30,988 bases of DNA. It comes from a virus. Lineage: Duplodnaviria > Caudoviricetes. A model generated the notes under the pieces. The model saw nothing but the letters and a program-made list of their open reading frames with translations, did not search any database and was not told the origin of the DNA. The stretch spans positions 1 through 30,988 of IMG/VR virus record IMGVR_UViG_3300020440_000050; one strand, 5' to 3'. The translations under genes were made by a program, and so were the position numbers. This document shows positions 19,043-27,482 of the stretch, piece by piece. Within the stretch, counting starts at the first letter, position 1. Each line of letters begins with the position of its first letter.

Positions 19043-20915
19043 TTTCACATACACCTGCTGTACAGGCTAATTCCTGAGAAGATGTAGTGTTATCAGCTAG
19101 TTCTGTGTACTCAGAGAAGTCTACATCTGGTACTTGTTCCTTTAATTCAAGGTAAGTATCCTCATCAATCTCTTCGTATGGTGCTTGAGCATAGCTATGG
19201 TTGTCGTCCTCACGTGGCAGGAATGATACACCACAGATTTCATCCCAATGTTTGTACACCCATGCACCTACCTCTGCCCATTCTTCCTCACCCACATAGA
19301 TAGTGACTGATGGATTGTGGTCAGTCCAATGCTTACGATACTTGAGCCACAGTTCTAGATGCTGAATAGCAGACACATCATGCCGTGTCAAACTATTCTC
19401 AGCAGATTTCATTGGGAAACTGAATACCAAGTTCTGCGGATTATACACATCTGCTTCACAAGGCACACCCTTGTCCTGCATCCACGTTGCCAAAGGGTCT
19501 TTAACATCTGCACGTACACGTCTGATATAATATTTTGCATAGCGAGGATGGATACCACTTCCACTGTTTACAAGCTGCGACACAGTACCGCTAGGCTTGA
19601 CTGTCGTAATAGCTTTTGATTCAGGGATGCCTAGCTTTGCTGCCCACTCTTTGTTTGTTTCACGTGCAACTTCACGGAATTGTTGCAGTGTGCCAGCCAG
19701 AATGTTTGATTCGTACTCACCCTGTCCTGACATAATCTTATGGTCAAAGATACCTGTGAGTGATACACCTAGCAGTCGCTCTTCTTCTGAGTTCTTCTTC
19801 CACTTAGGTGACAGATATTTAAAGTCTACTAGTGCTGACTGGATTGTACCAATGATGGTAGCAATCTCTATCTTTTTCCTAATTTCATCAGTGCCATCAG
19901 TCTCACGAATGATTACCTCTGACAGATTACAGAACTGTTTACTGCGTAGGCTAATCTCACCACATGGATTAGTACCAAAGTCATCACGTGGCTCACGTCC
20001 AATAGCTACAGCCTTTGCTTTAGCTGCCTCACGGTTGAAAATACCACGTTCACCTGACTTAGATTCATAGATGGATGTCCACTCACGCAGGAAGCTACCC
20101 ATGTCAGGCTTCTCTGTAAAGCTGATAGAGTTGTTAGCATAGCTACGGTTCACTTGGTCATTCCACCAGTTGCCCATCTTAGCGTGACGCATACGGTCAT
20201 CACTCAGGTTAGACAAGCTAATCATAGCTGACCTACGCACACCACCTACAACTACAGCAGCAGCTACCTGACACATGAGGTCATGGCACTCAAGGCTATT
20301 CAGCTTGCGTCCTGCTGCCTTGGTGAATGTGTTGATGGCAAACTTAAACAAGTTCTCTAGTGGCTCTGCACCTGAGGCACGTCCACCAAATGTCTTGAGC
20401 CTAGCCCCAGCAGGACGTACTTTAGATACATCCCACTTAGGTATCTCACCAGCATACAGGCGAGAGATAATCTGACGTAGTGCCTTTGCCCATCCCTCTT
20501 TACTGTCTGCTACTACGATAACCTCATCAGTCTTGCTTAGTTCTGCTGGTACTTCGGGCAGCTTCTGGATGAACTGACGCTCAACACTGAATCCTACCCC
20601 TGTGCCACACATGAGTACAAGCAATGCCTCATCGAAAGCCTTGGGGTCATCGACAGCTAGGAAGCTACAGTTGTATGCAGCTACTTGGTTGCGGTCTAGT
20701 GCCTCACCTGCTGTCATAATGGTACGCATTGAGGGGACAACCTCAAGGTCATGGATAGCAACTTTAACATCCTGCCTCTGCTCAAGGGCAGGGAACTTGT
20801 CAGTCATGTAGTTCCACCAACGGTCTACAGTTTCTTCCCAAGTCTCACGCCTACCTTTATCTTCTAGCCACCGTGCGTATCGGCTGACGTGTATGTATGA
20901 TTGATAGCTATCCAT
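19038..20915 (-). CDS. nrdJ: Class II adenosylcobalamin-dependent ribonucleotide reductase, monomeric type (625 aa)
   Basis: SRYARW...RRETWEETV, YNCSF, LMCGTGVGFSVE, VVVGGVRRSA, TNPCGEI, TTVKPSGTVS, C-terminal ELACTAGVCEI. No beta-subunit gene nearby. Confidence 0.93.
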   Translation of the reverse strand: MDSYQSYIHVSRYARWLEDKGRRETWEETVDRWWNYMTDKFPALEQRQDVKVAIHDLEVVPSMRTIMTAGEALDRNQVAAYNCSFLAVDDPKAFDEALLVLMCGTGVGFSVERQFIQKLPEVPAELSKTDEVIVVADSKEGWAKALRQIISRLYAGEIPKWDVSKVRPAGARLKTFGGRASGAEPLENLFKFAINTFTKAAGRKLNSLECHDLMCQVAAAVVVGGVRRSAMISLSNLSDDRMRHAKMGNWWNDQVNRSYANNSISFTEKPDMGSFLREWTSIYESKSGERGIFNREAAKAKAVAIGREPRDDFGTNPCGEISLRSKQFCNLSEVIIRETDGTDEIRKKIEIATIIGTIQSALVDFKYLSPKWKKNSEEERLLGVSLTGIFDHKIMSGQGEYESNILAGTLQQFREVARETNKEWAAKLGIPESKAITTVKPSGTVSQLVNSGSGIHPRYAKYYIRRVRADVKDPLATWMQDKGVPCEADVYNPQNLVFSFPMKSAENSLTRHDVSAIQHLELWLKYRKHWTDHNPSVTIYVGEEEWAEVGAWVYKHWDEICGVSFLPREDDNHSYAQAPYEEIDEDTYLELKEQVPDVDFSEYTELADNTTSSQELACTAGVCEI

Positions 20916-21238
20916 TATCGGTCATCTCCCTCACCGTGTAGTGTACCTTTTTCTTGTCTCTTCTTTAGTTTCTCAGCGTTCATCTCTGCAATGGTCTGTA
21001 ATGATAAGCCACAGTCATGTGCTAGTGCAGCCAGCATCCATAATACATCACCCATTTCTGCTGCAATGGCTTGCTTCTGGTCTTGTATGTTGATGTCATC
21101 ACGCATCATCTTACTAATCTTACCACATACCTCACCTGCCTCTTCAGCTAGACCCAAGGCAGGGTATGAGATAGCATACTTCTTAGGGTATACTGCTGTC
21201 TTCAATGCGTTGATTTGGTATTCATAAAAGTTCATCAT
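20915..21238 (-). CDS. mazG: MazG-like nucleoside triphosphate pyrophosphohydrolase (107 aa)
   Basis: ALGLAEEAGEV...EMGDVLW...N.EKLKKR...GEGDDR. Confidence 0.9.
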   Translation of the reverse strand: MMNFYEYQINALKTAVYPKKYAISYPALGLAEEAGEVCGKISKMMRDDINIQDQKQAIAAEMGDVLWMLAALAHDCGLSLQTIAEMNAEKLKKRQEKGTLHGEGDDR

Positions 21239-21540
21239 TACCAGTTTACTCCATCTGTTTTCTTCATTAGTTCTATCATCTTATCTAGATACCATCTGGC
21301 TTTCTCAGCATCCTGAATAGGATTATCCTTGTTCCACAGACGTGAGCCTAGATACTTTAGTACCTGTGCATGTGCCACTGATATAGATTCATACTCACCA
21401 ATTACATCTACAATGTAATCCCATGTTTCAATCTTACCTGTGGTGTAATGTGCTGGACTGTTAACCATGTCATCAATCCGTGGCTGCTCTAAGTTAGCTA
21501 AGTCTTTCATGTATGCCTCGTGTCTTGTTGTGGTTGCCAT
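21238..21540 (-). CDS. DUF3310 / T7 gp1.7-like putative nucleotide kinase (100 aa)
   Basis: DMVNSPAHYTTGKIETWDYI...KYL.R...K...IQDAEKARWYL. Confidence 0.8.
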   Translation of the reverse strand: MATTTRHEAYMKDLANLEQPRIDDMVNSPAHYTTGKIETWDYIVDVIGEYESISVAHAQVLKYLGSRLWNKDNPIQDAEKARWYLDKMIELMKKTDGVNW

Positions 21541-22241
21541 AACTTTACCTCACCTGTGTCTGTATCATACTCACCGTTGCGTAGGATACGTGCTAGTCGT
21601 GCGTTCTCTAGTGCTACTTCTTCAGATAAACCTTTACTCTTAAACGTAGCAACCACTGTATCCCAGCCACAACCAGATGATAAAAGTTTATTAGCAGTCT
21701 TGGCACCAACAGTTGGACAGCCGCTATAGTTATCTGTACTGTCCCCAACCAAAGTTTGGTAAGCGAAATTGTAGTTAGCTTCTGCTTCAGAGATTGTAAC
21801 AACCTCGCCATTAATCCAGTGCCTTGCTGGTATAGTGAGTAGGTCTTTGTCTTCAGACCAGATAATAGTGTCAGGGTTTGATGTACCCAATATTCCAAGA
21901 ACATCATCAGCTTCTAGTCTCCTATATATAACTGTATTGTACTCGCTCATCATAAACTCTCTAGCCCATGTGAGCAGCAGAGGTTTACGAGTGTTCTTCC
22001 TGTTAGCCTTGTAGTATGGGGCTAACTCTTTACGAAAGTTTTCTTTATCTGACAAAGCCACGATGCAATCTTTTACAGGTGCTTCATCAACCAGCTTTTG
22101 TATCTGGTCTTTGATACGTATCGCTACGTCAGATTCAAAACTATGCAGTGTCCACAGACCATCACCCCAATTAATAGGTGTCTCTGCTGACGCTGCCGCT
22201 TTGTATGCTATGATGTCACCATCAATAAGCAGTAGGGTCAT
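21507..22241 (-). CDS. gp6: 5'-3' exonuclease (244 aa)
   Basis: LLIDGDIIAY, NFRK...YKANRK, LEADDVLG, DKDL, QTLVGDSTDNYSGCPTVG, ARLARILR. Confidence 0.95.
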   Translation of the reverse strand: MTLLLIDGDIIAYKAAASAETPINWGDGLWTLHSFESDVAIRIKDQIQKLVDEAPVKDCIVALSDKENFRKELAPYYKANRKNTRKPLLLTWAREFMMSEYNTVIYRRLEADDVLGILGTSNPDTIIWSEDKDLLTIPARHWINGEVVTISEAEANYNFAYQTLVGDSTDNYSGCPTVGAKTANKLLSSGCGWDTVVATFKSKGLSEEVALENARLARILRNGEYDTDTGEVKLWQPQQDTRHT

Positions 22242-22404
22242 CGTTTATATCCTCTTCTTTCTCAGCCTTGCGAAGTATGCGTAGTCCTGTTTGTACCTGT
22301 ATGTAATCTAGGTAAGCTTCCACAATCCACTTAACACTTAGACATATGCTTACACTCAGGAACGAGCAGGTTAGTATTAGCTTCCATACAAAATCAAAGT
22401 CCAT
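22222..22404 (-). CDS. Small putative membrane protein (60 aa)
   Basis: Hydrophobic N-terminal segment, SD AAGGAG, overlaps both neighbours. Confidence 0.65.
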   Translation of the reverse strand: MDFDFVWKLILTCSFLSVSICLSVKWIVEAYLDYIQVQTGLRILRKAEKEEDINDDPTAY

Positions 22405-23005
22405 GTTGGATGCACTCCTTTGCCTGTCCTACTGACATCTTAAACCACTCACCTCTACGTTCTGCTACCTTTGATGCAGCCTTGTGTGCAGCAGATTCAG
22501 CCTTGCGTCTGTCTTTAGTAGACACAGAGTACCTTACCTTGTAGTCACGGAAAGGACTGCTGGTTTGATAGCCGTTACACCTATCCTCTGCATCAACAGC
22601 CATCCCAATCTTCACCCACTCAGGCCACGCTGAGTTAGTAATAATGTAGACCTGACCCTCAGTACTACGCTCATAGTTTTGAAGACCAGAGAAAGCAGCT
22701 TCATCGAATGACTTGTATCGTCCTGCTTTCCATAAGGGGTGTGACTTAGGGATATGTTTACCATTAACATACATCCTATCAGCATCACGCTTATGCCAAC
22801 AAGACTTACAGACGTACTTAGCCTGTGCCTGTCTGGCCTCTGTCCAGTTGTCTCCTAGTACAAGCCCACTACCACAGTCGATACACTCCTTAGTGAGTGT
22901 CTGCCCAGTTGCTTCCGTACTTGTACTCACTGTCGAGTTGACATCTGAATCTGAAGTGCTGTTCGACATCTCGCATACACTGTTGAATAAGTCTGCCTGT
23001 TGCAT
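22394..23005 (-). CDS. T5orf172/GIY-YIG-like nuclease with N-terminal Cys4 zinc motif (start uncertain)
   Basis: CIDC...CKSC, then GQVYIITN...VKIGMA...RCNGYQTSSP...AESAAH...GEWF. Confidence 0.75.
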   Translation of the reverse strand: MQQADLFNSVCEMSNSTSDSDVNSTVSTSTEATGQTLTKECIDCGSGLVLGDNWTEARQAQAKYVCKSCWHKRDADRMYVNGKHIPKSHPLWKAGRYKSFDEAAFSGLQNYERSTEGQVYIITNSAWPEWVKIGMAVDAEDRCNGYQTSSPFRDYKVRYSVSTKDRRKAESAAHKAASKVAERRGEWFKMSVGQAKECIQHGL

Positions 23006-24596
23006 CCTCTTGTCCCTTCTTTACTACTAGTTGTACCTCATCATGGATGAACGCTACAATCTGTGCGTCCAAGTTTGCTTCCTTGATAGCACGTGCAATG
23101 AACACGTACCATGTCTTACAGATTATAGCACCAGCACTTTGTAGTAAAGTGTTGAGTGCAGCATGGCTATGCCTGATTGGAATGATACGTCCATCCAATC
23201 CCTTAATCCAGCCACGCTCGTCAGCAGCTTTGGACACTGCATCCTTTAGATACTTGAGGGCAGGTAGCTTAGACAAGAACTTCTTCTTGATTGCCTTGCC
23301 TTCCTTCGCACCCTTGCCTATTATCTTACCAGTCTTCTCATCACCTGAACCATACAAGAATCCATAGATGAATGTCTTTGCGTTGGCACGTGTGGGTAGA
23401 CCAGCAGCTTCCTGATTCTGTGTGTGGATGTCACCACTAACTACTGTGGTAGCATAGGCACCATCGTCATAAGCTGCCATATAATGACCAAGGCACCGCA
23501 ACTCAAGGCCAGAAGCATCAGCCCCCAAGAGACTATAACCAGCAGGTGCTTTGAATAAGGCTCTACACTCCTCACCATAAGGCGCACCAACACTAGGAAC
23601 TTGAGCCATGTTGGGGTTGCTGTGTGTACACCTAGACGTGACAGCCCCCATGTGATTAACTCTACCATGTAACTTACCATCCTTCTCCATCTTCAGCCAA
23701 GCTTGTTTGCCTGTGGCTATCTGACCGATACGTTTGTTCAGCAGTAGGTACTCGCTTAGTAGCCTAGCCTCTGGCATGTCAATGCCCGACAGCACAGTCT
23801 CATCCACCTTGGGTATACCAGTGTCAGTAAATACCTCAGGCTTCCAACCCCTGCTCATTAGTCTGTCACCAATCTGCTGACGTGATGCAGGGTTGAATGG
23901 AATAGTCTTGGTCTTAGTCTTTAACTCTACTATCGTAGGTTCAAAGGTTGCAACCAACTCTGCTTCAATGTCTGCTCTGCGTTGGGCTAGTGTGCCATAC
24001 AATTCTTGAGCAGCTTTGACATCAAAGTCAAACCCATGTTCCTGCTGTTGTATCAGCAGTGTGTGTATCTCAGCCTCTAGGTCTAGTGCCTGTTGACTAA
24101 AATTTTTTTCAGTAATTTTACGATGCAGTTTGCCTGTGACTGCTGTGTCTTGGATGCAGTAGTCGAGCATCTCAGGGGTGTATGCTGCAAAGCTTTCGCT
24201 ACCATTATTGAAGTCACCTTTTAATTCTCCTAGTCTGTATCCCCATGCCTTGAGGCTGTGGCTACCAATCAGTTTCTGTGGTAGTAAACCTTTAGCATGT
24301 AGCTTGAAGTCAATCTCTTTGACATCAGGCCAGATTGTTCTAGAGTATACCAACGTATCTACAATGTTACCCTTGAAGGTGTAACCATGTAGCTTCTCAA
24401 CAACACGTAAGTCATAATCAATTACGTTGTGACCTATCAAAGTCTTGGCGTTGTCCATAAACTCCAAGGCTTCTTGTGTTTGTGTTGGGTCAAAGGTGTG
24501 TACCTCATCTGTGTGTACATCCCTGAAGACATGACACCATATCTGTGTCACCTCTTCTAGTAGGTTGTCTGATTCTAAGTCCCATATATATTCCAT
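22890..24596 (-). CDS. gp5: Family A DNA polymerase with 3'-5' exonuclease (568 aa)
   Basis: WDLESD, GHNVIDYD, HSLKAWGYRLG, motif A DASGLELR, motif B RANAKTFIYGFLYG, motif C HDE. ATG at 24596 follows SD GGAG. Confidence 0.97.
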   Translation of the reverse strand: MEYIWDLESDNLLEEVTQIWCHVFRDVHTDEVHTFDPTQTQEALEFMDNAKTLIGHNVIDYDLRVVEKLHGYTFKGNIVDTLVYSRTIWPDVKEIDFKLHAKGLLPQKLIGSHSLKAWGYRLGELKGDFNNGSESFAAYTPEMLDYCIQDTAVTGKLHRKITEKNFSQQALDLEAEIHTLLIQQQEHGFDFDVKAAQELYGTLAQRRADIEAELVATFEPTIVELKTKTKTIPFNPASRQQIGDRLMSRGWKPEVFTDTGIPKVDETVLSGIDMPEARLLSEYLLLNKRIGQIATGKQAWLKMEKDGKLHGRVNHMGAVTSRCTHSNPNMAQVPSVGAPYGEECRALFKAPAGYSLLGADASGLELRCLGHYMAAYDDGAYATTVVSGDIHTQNQEAAGLPTRANAKTFIYGFLYGSGDEKTGKIIGKGAKEGKAIKKKFLSKLPALKYLKDAVSKAADERGWIKGLDGRIIPIRHSHAALNTLLQSAGAIICKTWYVFIARAIKEANLDAQIVAFIHDEVQLVVKKGQEDATGRLIQQCMRDVEQHFRFRCQLDSEYKYGSNWADTH

Positions 24597-24614
24597 GCTG
24601 TGTCTCCGCACTAG

Positions 24615-26231
24615 CTAAAATTCTATGTCGTCCTCTTCGTCAGAGAAGTATGTCTCAGTCATACGTCCTGTATCTGACAGATATTCTAGTGAACAACATA
24701 ATCCAGTTTCGCCTGACCATCTGTTCTTCAACACCCTGACCTGACTAATGTGTGGGTTATCCTTGTCTTGCTGGTTCCTCTCTAATCCTATCACGATGTC
24801 ACTAAGCTGACCAATAGCAGCACTACCACGTAGTTGTGACATGCTAGTCTGTGCGCCATCCTCATGTCCTCTGTCACCAGACGGACGCTTGAGGTGAGAG
24901 ATGAGTATCATACCACAGTTCAACTCTTCAACCAAAGCACGAAGCTTGGTCATAGTGTTGTCAATAATTCTACGCTCATCCCCACCTTCCATACCAGATA
25001 CAACGATACTAATATGGTCAAGGATAATATACTCGCAGCCGCAACCACGTACAAGATAGCGTATCTTGGATAAAAGATTATCGCTATCAGTGCTGCCCCA
25101 ATGGTCATACAGGTAAACCCTGCCAGAACCAACTGTAGCATCAAAAGCATTACGCATCTCCTCTTCAGGTAAGTCATTACTGTGTAGGTGTAAGGGCTGG
25201 TTGAGTTCAATAGACATCAGACCTAGAGCAGTACGCTTGATGTTCTCCTCTAGTGCTATGTATCCAATAGTCTCCCCATGTTTGATAAAGTTATAGGCAA
25301 ACTCCCTAGCCAACTGTGACTTACCAATGCCTGACCCTGCTGTAAGCGTGACAATCTCACCCTTACGACAACCACCAGTCTTCTCCTGTAGTCCAGCATA
25401 GGGGTAGCCTACTGATGCTCTGTCGTCATTGTGTATTACAATGTCCCATACATCTGTACCTGCTACAATACCATCTGGTCTAAAGGTCTTGGCTTCCCAC
25501 ATACAGTTAAGCAGTTCCTTCACACGTCCAGCTACCAACATCTCGTTGGCATCCTTCAGTGGTAGGGTAGCTATCCTACACTTGTTGGGTGGCAGTACAG
25601 ACGCACACTCTTTGGCTGCTCGTTGTCCTGCCTCATCGTTGTCGAACATAAGCACAACGTACTCGTAGTTAGACAACCATTCGATGGCCTTGCCTATTGC
25701 TTTCTTGGCTGACGTACAGCCAGAGGGCAGTGAAACCACAGGCCACTTGTGGTCTAGTGCTTGGCTAAGAGAGAGGGCATCTAGTTCCCCCTCTGTGATA
25801 GTAACAAACTTACCACTATCACGCCATAAGTGTTCGCCATACAGTGCCACATCCTTGATGTTGCCAATGACAGAGAAGTCTTTGTTAACAAAGCGTACCT
25901 TCTGTGCCTTCAGTTCACCATCACGGCTGCGATAGTTGGCTACCTGTACTGCCTGACCCTTGTAGGTTGAGACACCATAGCCCCAAACCTTACAGGTCTT
26001 CTCAGTAATACCACGCTTGGCTAGTTCTTTGAACTGTAAGTCTAAGAACATTGTGTCTGCTGTCTCAAACATAGCTACTGCCTCATCCGTTTTATCAGCA
26101 GGGGTCAGTGTCTCACAAGCGAAGCAGAAGTGATTACCATCTGCATACAAAGCATTGGCATCACTACTACCACAGTGAGGACAAGGCTCATGCCTAATGA
26201 ACTCACTTTCCGACTGCATTAACAATCTCAT
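24615..26231 (-). CDS. gp4: Primase-helicase (alternative start 26219)
   Basis: CPHC...CFAC zinc ribbon, TOPRIM TEGELDALS and FDND, Walker A AGSGIGKS, ILDHISI, LRGS, LKNR. Confidence 0.97.
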   Translation of the reverse strand: MRLLMQSESEFIRHEPCPHCGSSDANALYADGNHFCFACETLTPADKTDEAVAMFETADTMFLDLQFKELAKRGITEKTCKVWGYGVSTYKGQAVQVANYRSRDGELKAQKVRFVNKDFSVIGNIKDVALYGEHLWRDSGKFVTITEGELDALSLSQALDHKWPVVSLPSGCTSAKKAIGKAIEWLSNYEYVVLMFDNDEAGQRAAKECASVLPPNKCRIATLPLKDANEMLVAGRVKELLNCMWEAKTFRPDGIVAGTDVWDIVIHNDDRASVGYPYAGLQEKTGGCRKGEIVTLTAGSGIGKSQLAREFAYNFIKHGETIGYIALEENIKRTALGLMSIELNQPLHLHSNDLPEEEMRNAFDATVGSGRVYLYDHWGSTDSDNLLSKIRYLVRGCGCEYIILDHISIVVSGMEGGDERRIIDNTMTKLRALVEELNCGMILISHLKRPSGDRGHEDGAQTSMSQLRGSAAIGQLSDIVIGLERNQQDKDNPHISQVRVLKNRWSGETGLCCSLEYLSDTGRMTETYFSDEEDDIEF

Positions 26232-26466
26232 TAATGATGTACTGTAAGCCTTGGACTATATCATTAACTTCATCAGCATCATAGACATCATCCCTTATAT
26301 CTTCAAGGATATTCTCTGCCATCTGTTCCCATGTCACATCATCTGAGAATAGTTCGTCATCAATGTAGATACTGGTAGACAACCCTGTTGAGTATAGGTT
26401 CACCATCACATCAACCTCTGACGTAATCTCAGTTGTTAGTTCATCTTTTGTTTCAATCAAACTCAT
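26203..26466 (-). CDS. Highly acidic hypothetical protein (87 aa)
   Basis: ATGA overlap with the endonuclease stop, SD GAGGAG. By hand count 22 Asp/Glu versus 3 Lys/Arg. Confidence 0.8.
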   Translation of the reverse strand: MSLIETKDELTTEITSEVDVMVNLYSTGLSTSIYIDDELFSDDVTWEQMAENILEDIRDDVYDADEVNDIVQGLQYIINEIVNAVGK

Positions 26467-26828
26467 AGTAACCACTCCTCAGGTACTGTTCCTTCTGCCC
26501 ACATAAAACCATTACGGTCTGCCCATTCTTTACAGGTCATCTTGCTTCCATCCTTTCGCTTCTTGGCACCCTGTACTGTAGCACTAGCGTTCTGGAATAC
26601 AAACCTGATGTCCAACTCTGGATGCTGTGCCTTGACAGCCTTCATCTTTCGTTGGGCATCCTGTCTGAAGTATCCCTTTAGTTCTACAATCATTGTGCCT
26701 ACTGCTAAGTCAGGGATGTAGTGACGTTCCACATAGTAGGCCAGCTTCTCTGGCTCATACTTATATGCAACGCCACGTTCATCAAGGTCACTGATGACCC
26801 TCGCCTCAAAAGTCCCCTTCGTTGGCAT
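26463..26828 (-). CDS. gp3: Endonuclease I (Holliday junction resolvase) (121 aa)
   Basis: FEARV...YEPEKL.Y...YIPDL...VELKGYF...HPELDIRFVFQ...WA..NGF. Confidence 0.95.
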   Translation of the reverse strand: MPTKGTFEARVISDLDERGVAYKYEPEKLAYYVERHYIPDLAVGTMIVELKGYFRQDAQRKMKAVKAQHPELDIRFVFQNASATVQGAKKRKDGSKMTCKEWADRNGFMWAEGTVPEEWLL

Positions 26829-27426
26829 CGTTCACACCATCCTCAGAGTTAAAGACATCTGCTGCATCATCCTTAGTCACGGCTGATGTAACGTATCCGT
26901 CTTCCTCATCAAAGATAGATGCAGTAGACCCACCATACTCCACAAGATTGATAACCTGCACTGCCTTGAGGCGTAGTGTTACACCTACCTGCTTGGTTGC
27001 AAGCATCATGTATGGCACAGGCTCAACAGCTACATTAACTAATGAACCATTGCCAATCAACGCAGTACCCTGCATTGGTGTACGCTTGGCATCAACAACC
27101 ATAGGCTTTTGTTCCCATGACTGCCCATCCTTAGACTTAACTAACGCCTTCATCTTAGCTTTGAAGACTAAGTTACCAGTCGGATTACCTGCTTCGTCTA
27201 CATCCTGTGTGTATGATTGACGTGTGGACAGGACAGTCTTGAGTTTAGGATTGTCCTTGACAGCTTCAGCATGTTTGGCATTAACCATGCTATCCAACTG
27301 TTCACACACGTGTGCTGCTTGTTCTTCTGGTACGATTACCTGAATCGAATACTCACCGTCATCGACATAGCGAGTGTCTGGTTCAAATACTTTCGCCCAT
27401 TGTGCATTGCCTTTAATCTTCAGCAT
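26806..27426 (-). CDS. gp2.5: Single-stranded DNA-binding protein (206 aa)
   Basis: WAKVFEPD, IGNGS, GVTLRLKAVQVINLVEY, acidic tail ending in Phe. SD AGGAG. Confidence 0.93.
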   Translation of the reverse strand: MLKIKGNAQWAKVFEPDTRYVDDGEYSIQVIVPEEQAAHVCEQLDSMVNAKHAEAVKDNPKLKTVLSTRQSYTQDVDEAGNPTGNLVFKAKMKALVKSKDGQSWEQKPMVVDAKRTPMQGTALIGNGSLVNVAVEPVPYMMLATKQVGVTLRLKAVQVINLVEYGGSTASIFDEEDGYVTSAVTKDDAADVFNSEDGVNDANEGDF

Positions 27427-27457
27427 ATTTGTAACTCCTGTTCTATGCTAGTTAGTA

Positions 27458-27480
27458 CTTGGCTAGGTTGTAACTTTAGA
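27458..27480 (-). promoter_or_regulatory. Putative phage RNAP middle promoter
   Basis: Minus strand TCTAAAGTTACAACCTAGCCAAG, intergenic, 2 nt after the RNAP stop and upstream of ssb. Confidence 0.85.
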
Positions 27481-27482
27481 AA

